DNA of 64,000 bases from the human T2T-CHM13v2.0 reference genome, Homo sapiens. This document shows, in pieces, positions 53,691-64,000 of this stretch (its first letter is position 1; the number at the start of each line of letters is the position of its first letter). A program made the translations under genes and the position numbers. The notes below the pieces were generated by a model that ran no database searches, was not told where the DNA came from, and saw nothing but the letters and a program-made list of their open reading frames with translations. The DNA is taken from the NCBI RefSeq assembly GCF_009914755.1, contig NC_060933.1, one strand, 5' to 3'.

Positions 53691-54762
53691 TGTTGCGGGA
53701 AGTCAGGGACCCCAAACAGAGGGATCGGCTGAAGCCATGGCAGAAGAACGTGGATTGTGAAGATTTCATGGACATTTATTGGTTCCCCAAATTAATACTT
53801 TTATAATTTCTTATGCCTGTCTTTACTGCAATCTCTAAACATAAATTGTAAAGATTTCATGGACACTTATCACTTTCCCCAGTCAATACCCTTGTGATTT
53901 CCTATGCCTGTCTTTAATCTCTTAATCGTGTCAGCTGAGGAAGATGTATGTCACCTAAGGACCACGTGATAATTGCATTAACTGCACAAATTGTACAGCA
54001 TGTGTGTTTAAGCAATATGAAATCTGGACACCTTGAAAAAAGAACAGGATAACAGCAATTGTTCAGGGAATAAGAGAGATAACCTTAAACTCTGACTGCC
54101 GGTGAGCTGGGCGGAACAGAGCCATATTTCTCTTCTTTCAAAAGCAAATGAGAGAAATATCGCTGAATTCTTTTTCTCAGCAAGGAACATCCCTGGGAAA
54201 GAGAATATGCGCCTGGGGGTATAGGCCTATAAATGCCCCCCCCCTCCCCAGGTGTGCCCATCTCTTATGGTTGAGTGTAGGAGTGAAATAGACCCCAGTC
54301 TCCCAAAGCGCTCCCAGGCTTATTAGGAAGAGGAAATTCCTGCCTAATAAATTTTTGGTTAGACCAGTTGCTCTCAAAACCCTGTCTCCTGATAAGATGT
54401 TGTCAATTACAATGGTGCTGGAAACTTCATTAGCAATTTTAGTTTTGCCTGGGTCCTGTGGTCCTGTGATCTCACCCTGCCTCCACTTGCCTTGTGATAT
54501 TCTATTACCTTGTAAAGTACTTGATGTCTGTGACCCACACCTATTCGCACACTCCCTCCCCTTTTGAAAATCCCTAATAAAAACTTGCTGGTTTTTGCAG
54601 CTTGTGGGGCATCACGGAACCTACTGACATGTGATGTCTACCCCAGACGCCCAGCTTTAAAATTTCTCTCTTTTGTACTCTGTCCCTTTATTTCTCAAAC
54701 CGGCCGAGGCTTAGGGAAAATAGAAAAGAACCTACGTGACTATCGGGGCAGGTTCCCCTATA
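53691..54762 (+). mobile_element. MER11A (HERV-K11/HML-8) solo LTR
   Basis: tgttgcgggaagtcagggacccc...ggggcaggttcccctata. Perfect 6-bp TSD tgtttc. TATAAA at 54228, AATAAA at 54576. Confidence 0.95.
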
Positions 54763-55269
54763 TGTTTCTAACATACTCAGAAGTTAAGAAGCATTTTTTA
54801 TTTTTCATCGTGTTACTTGAGTTTACAAGGATGTGAAACACTGCTAAACCTTTGCGTTTCAGCAATTTGTTTATACATTTTTTCTTGTACTTGGCTGACA
54901 CAATAAATAGGGGCAAAACATGTTTTCCTTCCAGCCCAGATTACTTTATTCTAACACTTTATTCTATTCTATTTATAACTGTTCAAATACCATTATCTTC
55001 TGTGATAAAAGAGAGATTATAACTAGATTTCATCTAAAAATATGCGTCCATACCCACAAGACAGTACATTCATTCTTCAGTAAAGATAGTAGGTTTTAAT
55101 GGTATGTAAGAAAACTAATAATATTGAAATGTCAACAAATGTAATTGTCACAAAGCAACATATAACAAAATATATTTAAAAATGTAGCTTTGCCACTGTT
55201 TCATCGCTTGAACTCATTTAGTTGATTAATTAATTAGCAATTTGTTTTATCTATTACTACTGCAATTCA

Positions 55270-55505
55270 TCAGCAATTCCTGGCAATTGTTGGCTTTCCT
55301 TGGACACATCTCTCCAATCTCTGCTTCTAGCTTCACATCAACTTTTCCCGTGTGTCACTTTGGGTTTTGTTCTGTCCCTCATAAGGACACTTTCATTAGC
55401 TTTTTTACCCATCCTAATCCAGTATGATCTCATCTTTAGCCTCAGATCACATTCTGAGTTTCTGGGTGGACAATAAATTTGAGAACTATTATCCAATAGA
55501 CTACA
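55270..55505 (-). mobile_element. MLT1C-like LTR fragment
   Basis: ctccaatctctgcttc, ataaggacac, atcctaatccagtatgatctcatc, tcacattctgag. Confidence 0.75.
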
Positions 55506-55528
55506 CCTTCCATGATAAATTATTTTGG

Positions 55529-56067
55529 TGTAAGGGAGGTAGAATTCTTCCCCTACCTTCTTAGGGAATCCAGCTGGGCCTAAGAATTAAATGGCCATAG
55601 ACAGACTAAGAAGATAAAAATACACACATTTTGTTTAATAATTTTTGTAGGCACCTGGGCGCCCTCACAATAAAAAAAAGTCAAGACCCAAAGAAGCAAT
55701 TGGAGCCCTAAACTTATGTACTAGGTTAAAAGAGGAGTAGTAAATTCTGAAAACGTGACACAACAAAGGGTTTGGGGCTGTGGCAGATAATTGTGGGAAA
55801 ATATTACTACGAAGATAAGAATTAGTTTAACAAGATTTCTTTGTACAGATTCCTCTCAGCCTCAACTGCCTGTCTGGTCATAAGGATGTCTTCCTTCCAC
55901 CAGGTACCGGGAGGGCACCTTTCACCTGGGAGTTTTATCTCCTGCTTTCAGGAAAAAAAGAAAAGTCAGAGTGCCCTTCTTGTATCTGCTGTATTTCAAA
56001 GGCCTTTAATTTAAAATAATGGAACAAAGTGGCAAATTTTGAAGTGGCATTGTTTGAATGCCTTTGT
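55529..56067 (-). mobile_element. MER34-family (ERV1) solo LTR
   Basis: cagctgggcctaagaattaaatggccatagacag, gagttttatctcctgctttcagg, aaagtggcaaattttgaagtggcat. Confidence 0.8.
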
Positions 56068-58003
56068 CTAAGGCATGTCTAACTTGTAGGCAATTTTTTC
56101 ACCACTTAATTCTGAGAAAGATTGATTAACATTATGAAGGTCTGAGAGAGCTAAAAATATATAAAGACAAGCATACATTACACTGGAAACAAGGTAACAA
56201 GAAAATTGTGATGCCTCAAGCAAGAGCAATTGCAGAAGAATGTGACACATATTGACAGCCATAAATTGAAGACAAGATGGAAAAAGACAGGATGCCTACA
56301 AGCAAGATAATTCTTTAAAGATACTTATTTTTTCTCTAAATGGGAGGGGCAGGGGAGAGATGGTAAGTTTCTCCTCAAGGGTTCAATGGGAAAATGAAAT
56401 TCATAAATAAATCTGACCGATTTAAATGATAACGATAAGGAGCTCAGTAAACGGAATTCCTAGAAAATATTTATTTCCTATAATTTCTGGCTCTCATATT
56501 ACAATGAGCTCCTTAAGGTAAGGGACCAACTAAGTATTTGCTATAACAGGTATTCAGTATATATTACAAAGTAGGTATGACTTCATAGCAGTTATTTAGC
56601 AGGTATACAGTACCTACTATACTATAATATTTATGTATGCAGTGATATATAACCGTTTCTGTTGTTGCTATTGAATTCAATACATACATATATATGAAAA
56701 ATAGGTGTTAAATATGAATATCTTTCTAATAATTGAATGGCCCGGGAGTGCCTAACTGAATAGCTATTTCTGGGCATTACTAGAAGAACAAGAATTTACT
56801 CTGACTAGGAAATGAAGGCATTTAAGTCAAAGGAAATATAGCGAACTATTTTCATCCCACTATCATAAAAACTCCTCTTGTACTTTGTCCATTTTGTTTA
56901 GTGAATTATGCAATAGGCAGATGCAAGTTTATCAGGCTAAGTAGAAAATCAATCTTTTATTTTATTATTATTAGTATTTTTACTGAATATAGGCGTATCA
57001 TAGTTACTTTTGGCTCCCTAAAAATTCCTGTGTACCAGTACTTACTCTGACACAGTTATGCAGGTTGTTTTGCTTACACTGATTAGCAAACATATTTATT
57101 TGAGGGAAGGACACATTGCTCGTAAAACTCTGCATGTATATTATTTATCTACCAGAAATCAGCACATAAAATAGGTTTCTATCTACCCATGCCCCCACCC
57201 AGGTGAATTGGGGTAGATGAGAGATTCATAAGGACCTAGCTCCTAGGATGCTTGAGGCTGAAGGAATGGTGTTTAAGGAGAAATCTCAAGCAATGCCAAG
57301 TTCCAGTCAGGTAGAATTAGAGTAGCTGAAACAAGGGAACTAAAGTAGCCAAACACTGAAAAAAAGAGATAAAAATATTGTGTGTGCATGTGTGTATATA
57401 AATATTCTCAAAGCACATAGATAGACAAGTGAAGAACAGAGCCTAGAGCAATTCCTGAGACAAAATAATAATACATAAATAAAACAAGAGATGAGTTTGC
57501 TTTGTTGATTAGTTTCCTTTTTCACAGTTCTTCTGAAAGCTGACAAGGACCTGTTGCAGATAATTAAAAAAGATATTCCAGAGTAAATGTATTCATACTT
57601 TGCAAAATTGAGAGAAGAATAAGAAGCTTACATCAGTCCAAAAAGAAATCCACTACCCACCATTTTCATTTTGCTTTTGGAAACCACCTCTAGTGATTAT
57701 TTGGCAGACAAAATCTTATGAAATATGGAGATAATATTTATTTGATTGTAATACTCTAAAGGATGGATAATTGTAATTAATATAGTCTGAGTATAAAGTT
57801 CTTAAATTCATTATTATGATTTCACCTTGTTACTGCCCCTGTCAACATTTAATTAAATAAAGAGTAAAGGTGACTAAAATATCTTTCGATTAGAATCTTG
57901 GAGAAAAACTCAAGTTTTATGATTCAACTTTCTTTCCATATAGTTACTAGCTTCTTTAATTTTGCAAGCACAATTCATCTAATAAGAATTAAATAAAAGG
58001 TAT

Positions 58004-58385
58004 TGTGATGGTTAACTGTAGATGTCAAATATGCTTGCCCACAGTCCCCAGATATTTATTCAAACATCATTCTAGATGTTTCAGTGAAGGCATTTCTTAG
58101 ATAAGATTAACATTTCTATCAGTAGCTTTTGAGTGAAGCAAGTTACTCTTTATATTAAGGGGAAGAGAGGACATAATATGTATTAAGACTTATCAGTTGA
58201 AGGCCTTAGTAGAAAAAGACTGACCTCTTACAAAAAAAAAAGAAAAAAAAAGGAATTCTGCTAGCTGGCTACTTTCTGACTTAAACTGTGACTCTTTTTA
58301 CCCTGCTGGCCTACCATGCAGATATTTGCATAAGCCAATTCCTTAAAATTCCCTCTCTCTCTCCTTCTAGTTCTTTCTCAGGATG

Positions 58386-58440
<55 letters not shown>

Positions 58441-58462
58441 CTGATGAATTCTGACTAATACA
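58004..58462 (+). mobile_element. MLT2D-like (ERVL) solo LTR with (CA)n at ~58389-58436
   Basis: tgtgatggttaactgtagatgtcaa, caaacatcattctagatgtttcagtgaagg, ends ctgactaataca. Confidence 0.88.
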
Positions 58463-58609
58463 TGCACTGAATGAAAATTAGAGATATAAATAATGGTTTT
58501 ATAATTTAGGAATTTTTACATAAAATGTTTAAAATATTTGTGTAGTACACTCTTGAAAATACAATTTTTATTAAAATATTTCTGTAACATATAATGTGTA
58601 ATTAGAGAA

Positions 58610-59149
<540 letters not shown>

Positions 59150-61129
59150 TTACCAAGCTAATGCTTTATTTCATACAACATAAGGTCCCAGGTAACTAGG
59201 AAGAGTGAAAAGATTTTCAAAAATAGCATAGGAAATAGAGTCTTTAGACATGATTCTGGGGTTAACTGACATATTAAGAATAAGGACTGAAGGCAGATAC
59301 AGCAAAAAAGAAGTATAAAAATATCCAAGGCCCATGGTGAATAATTTATCCTCCTAGATGGCAACACTGCTCTAATGCAGATTATTACAATAGGCTATAT
59401 TCTTCCAGTTTCAATGTTTTTTTCTCATTAGAGACATCACGGATTTTGAGTATGTGAAAAGCATTTCGGGAGAAATGGTAACAGAAATTGGTATAAACAC
59501 ACTGTGTAGTAAAGTTGGTTGGAGGCATTCTCAGTATTGCCAGTGCTTGGTTCCTATTGCAAAGGAAGTCATAACTTAAAAATGGCATTAAAAATGTGTA
59601 AAATTGTGTGATGTTTCATCTCAATATACCTCATCTAAAGAAGCAAAGGAAAGAAAATCTGGTGGTTATAAAAGTAGCTGTGGGTAGCAGATTCATCAGC
59701 ATCTAGTGACCAGTAAAATTTAAGTATTGTGGCTGACTTTTAATCAGTGTCTTTTAAGAGACTCAGGAAGAAGTAGTTAGTTAGCATGTATTTGTATATA
59801 TAAATACATTGTACAATGTGACTGAAATTCTAGTGCCGCATGGTAAAAGAAAATTGAACACGCTGAAATCACATCAAGGCAATAAAGACAACTTTTTAAT
59901 CACAGGTGTAGTAAAATGCAAGGACCTTAGTGCACTGTGCTAGGTGACTTTAAGATAAGACCAGATCGTGCCTGTGCCTGCCCTGCCTTTCAAATTTTGT
60001 TACCTTAACTTGGGTTTGATGAGAATATAGAACATTCAATCCAGAGAGGCAACTTGTTTACAGAGAGACAGTCACATGAAAAATAATACTGCATAGTATT
60101 TAGTAATGTTGGCTTTAGAGTTAAATTTGATATTATTACTAGTTCTAACTCTTACTAGAAGTTTGGACAACCACCTTTTTTAATGTGTGGTTAACAAAGC
60201 CTTTCTCACAGATGGATGCTATGGTAGAGTCTCCTTCGAAGGTCTGTTCCTTAAAACCCAGGGGCTATACATTCTTCTTTCTGCAAAGTTTAGAGCTGAC
60301 AACAGGTGGGAACAATATAATTTATCAGATTAAAATGATTGTTAAACAACGTCGATGAATACTGAACACAGTTCAGTTGCTCATCACTATTCCCTGTGAA
60401 GATATGATGACTATAACATAAAATGAATAGGTATTTTTAAGTTTTTTATTTTAAACATTTTAATCCTTATTAAAGTCAGAGAAGTAGGACAGAGAAAACA
60501 AAGGCCTACTTCTTGGTATTGTGCATGATGATCTATTTTACATTTTGCAGCACATATTTTGTTTACTTCAGATGGCATCAACACTGAAAGAAATAAGCTT
60601 TTTAAAAGAAATTATGACACAGATAAAACAAAAGACCATTTTATACTGGACAGAAAACAAAAGTAAAAAAATATATTTGTTTAGAATTACATAAAACTTC
60701 ACGAAGAGACCTATCAGTAGAAGAAAAAGATAGTGGGATAATAACTGACTTTCTCATAGTTACAGTTGCAATAAAACCTGATACTGGGTTGCTTACCTAG
60801 GAAACTAAATGCAACTTTATGAATGATTCATAGGTTAGTGGTAGAGAAACTCTGGGACTACAACACAACCAGACAGAGCACCTTTCTAATCCAGAGAATA
60901 TGTACCATGATTAAAAATCAGATATATAAGAATTAGCGGCAAAAATACTTAGACAAAGATGACATTTACCAGGATGTGCTAATTGAGAAGATGCAAATAG
61001 AGATATCAAAGAAAAATGTCAGTATTTTATATGTAGGTTAAAATTGATTAATTCAAAACAATGAAGAGGTGAGTTTATCCATAATAATAATGTATTTCTT
61101 AGGAATTTTAAAGATAGAGACCATCAGTC

Positions 61130-63650
61130 TGCTGGCAAGATGGCCAAATAGGAAGAGCTCCAGTCTGCCGTTCTCAGGGAAATTAATGCAGAAAGCAGGT
61201 GATTTATGCATTTCCAACTGAGGTACCCTGTTCATCTCACTGGGACTGGCTAGGCAGTCTGTGCAGCCCACAGAGGGTGAGCAGAAGCAGGGAGGGGCAT
61301 TGCCTCACCCAGGAAGTACAAGGAGCAGGACAGGAAGTACAAGGAGCAGGGGTCCCCCTTTCCCAGCCTAGGGAAGCCATGAGGGACTGTGGTATCAGGC
61401 CCAGAATATATGCTTTTCCCACAGTTTTTGCATTCCGCAGACCAGGAGATTCCCTTGTGTGCCTACACCGCCAGGGCTCTGGGTTTCAAGCACAAAACTG
61501 GGCGGCTGTTCAAGCAGACATGGAGCTAGCTGCAGGAGTTTTTATTTTTTTTTCATACCCCAGTCATATCTGGAACCCCAGCAAGACAGAACCGTTCACT
61601 CCCCTGGAAAGGGGGCTGAAGCCAGGGAGCCAAGTGATCTTGCTCAGGGGGTCACAATCCCACAGAGACCAGCAAGCTAAGAACCACTGGCTGGAAATTC
61701 TCACTGACAGCACAGCAGTCTGAAGTTTACCTGGGATGATGGAGCTTGGTGGGGAAGGGGCATCTGCCATTACTGAGGCTTAAGTAGGCAGTTTTCCCCC
61801 GACAGCACTAAGGAAGCCTGGAAGTTTGGACTGAGTGGAACTCAACACAGAGTGACAAAGCAGCTGTGGCCAGACCACCTTTCTAGATTCCTCTTCACTG
61901 GGCAGGCATCTCTGAAAGAAAGACAGCAGCCCCAGTCAGGGACTTAAAGTTAAAACTCCCATCTCCCTGGGAGAGAGCACCTGGGGAAAGGGGTGACTGT
62001 GGGCACAATTTCAGCAGACTTAAACATTCCTGCCACTTGGCTCTGAAGAAAGCAGAAGATTCTGACAAGGAGGGTTCTACCAGCACAGCGCTGGAGCTCT
62101 GCTAAGGGACAGACTGCCTCCTCACGTGGGTCCCTTACCCTGTGTCTCCTGACTAGGGGAGACCTCCTAACAGGGGTTGACAGACATCTCATACAGGAGA
62201 GCTCCGGCTAGCATCAGGCAAGTGCCCCTCTGGAACGAAGCTTCCAGAGGAAGAAGGCAGCAATCTTTGCTGTTCTGCAGCCTCTGCTGGTGATACCCAG
62301 GCAAATGGGGTCAGGAGTGGACCCCCAGCAAACTGCAGCAGACCTGCAGAAGAGGGGCCTATTAGAAGAAAAACTAACAAACAGAAAGCAATAATATAAA
62401 CATCAACATCAACAAAAGAAACTCCCACATGGAAAACCCATCCAAAGGTCTTCAGCCTCAAGATTAAAGGTAGATAAATCCACGAAGATTTGGAAAAACC
62501 AGCACAAAAATACTGAAAATTCCAAAAACCAGAATGCCCCTTCTCCAAATGATTGCAACGCCTCTCCAACAAGGACACAAAATTTGACAGAAAATGAGTT
62601 TGATGAATTGAGAGAAGGAGGCTTCAGAGGGTGTGTACTAACAAAGTCCTCTGAGATAAAGGAGCATGTTCTAACCCAATACAAGGAAGCTAAGAACCTT
62701 GACAAAAGGTTACAGGACTTGCTAACTAAAATAAGCAGTTTAGAGAACATAAATGTCCTGATGGAGCTGAGAAACACGGTACAAGAACTTTGTGAAGCAT
62801 ACACAAGTATCAACAGCCAAATCAATCAAGCAGAAAAGAAGATATCAGTGATTGAAGATGTACTTACTGAAATAAGGTGTGAAGACAAGATTAGATAAAA
62901 AAGATTGAAAAGGAATGAACAAAGCCTCCAAGAAATAATGAGACTATGTGAAAAGACCAAACCTAGAATTGACTGGGGTCCCTGAAAGTGATGGGGAGAA
63001 TGGAACCAAGTTGGAAAACAGACTTCAGGAAATTATCCAGGAGAACTTCCCCAACGTAGCAAGACAGGCCAACATTCACATTCAGGAAATACAGAGAACA
63101 CCACAAAGATACTCCTTGAGAAGTGAAATCCCAAGGCACATAATCCTCAGATTCTCCAAGGTTGAAATGAAGGAAAAAATATTAAGGACCACCAGAAAGA
63201 GAGGTCAGGTTACCTGCAAAGGGAAGCCCATCAGACTAACAGTGGATCTCTCTCCAGAAACCGTATATGCCAGAAGAGAGTGGGGGCCAATATTCAACAT
63301 TCTTAAAGAAACAAATTTTCAACCCAGAATTTCATGTGAAACCAAACTAAGATTCATAAGGGAAGGAGAAATAATTCCCTTACAGACAAGCAAATACTGA
63401 GGGATTTTGTCACCACCAGGCCTGCCTTACAAGAGCTCCTGAAGAAATCATTAAATATGAAAAGGAAAAACAGGTATCAGTCACTGCAAAAACACACCAA
63501 AATATAAAGACCAACGACGCTATGAAGAAACTGCATCAATTAATGTGTAAAATAACCAGCTAGTATCATGACGACAGGATCAAATTCACACATAACAATA
63601 TTAACCTTAAAGGTAAATAGACTAAATGTCACAGTTAAAAGACACAGACA
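61130..63650 (+). mobile_element. L1PA7/8-like 5' part: 5'UTR, ORF1 and the start of ORF2
   Basis: ggcaagatggccaaataggaagagctccagtctg, tttccaactgaggtacc. ORF1 peptides appear in the ORF track. Confidence 0.93.
62488..63507 (+). pseudogene. Disrupted L1 ORF1p
   Basis: The start codon reads ATT. Fragments ENEFDELREGGFR and KRPNLELTGVPESDGENGTKLEN...GKPIRLTVDLS are separated by a stop (62896-62898) and frameshifts. Confidence 0.9.
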
Positions 63651-63651
63651 C

Positions 63652-64000
63652 AGAATTATCTGTTCATATGCTTTGGCCACTTTTTGATAATGTTTGTTTT
63701 CTTCTTGTGAATTTCTTCAAGTTCCTTGTAGACTCTGGATATTAACTCTTTGTCAGATGGATAGATTGCAAAAATTTTCCCCCATTTGGTAGGTGGCCTG
63801 TGCACTCTGATGATAGTTTCTTTTGCTGTGCAGAAGCTCTTTAGTTTAGTTAGATCCCACTTGTCAATTTTGGATTTTGTTGCCATTGCTTATGGTATTT
63901 CAGTCATGAAGTTTTTGCCCATGCCTATGTCCTGAATGGTACTGCCTAGGTTTTCTTATAGGGTTTTTATGGTTTTAGGTCTTTTGTTTAAGTCTTTAAT
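63652..64000 (-). mobile_element. Antisense late-ORF2 L1PA segment, running off the window end
   Basis: The ORF track gives [25 protein letters not shown] on the minus strand. Confidence 0.92.

Overview
This window is AT-rich, repeat-dense primate nuclear DNA (human or a close catarrhine), either intergenic or deep-intronic. I cannot support any host protein-coding gene, RNA gene or CRISPR-type feature. The only ORF-track entries with recognisable protein content are broken L1 ORF1/ORF2 pieces; the rest are chance ORFs in Alu, LTR, microsatellite or AT-rich DNA, many opened at TTG/GTG. About half the window is recognisable transposable element: L1PA/L1MA/L1MB LINEs, L2/MIR relics, Alus, LTRs (MLT1, MLT2, THE1D, MER77, LTR12, MER11A, MER34, LTR33), an LTR16 with ERVL gag-like internal sequence, and DNA transposon relics (MER44, MER5, MER20, MER58A). 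Subfamily names come from my memory of consensus sequences, not from an alignment. I found no convincing new multi-gene biological system. The most notable signals are small: (1) a perfect 65-bp dispersed duplication whose second copy ends in a snap-back hairpin; (2) an older ~100-bp local copy lodged between an Alu tail and its target-site duplication; (3) four 5'-inverted (twin-primed) L1s in the first 18 kb, one with a target site matching L1 sequence beside its inversion point; (4) an L1MA with both ends and a TSD but its middle missing; (5) a tandem LTR12-MER11A pair; (6) a candidate 12-nt microexon.
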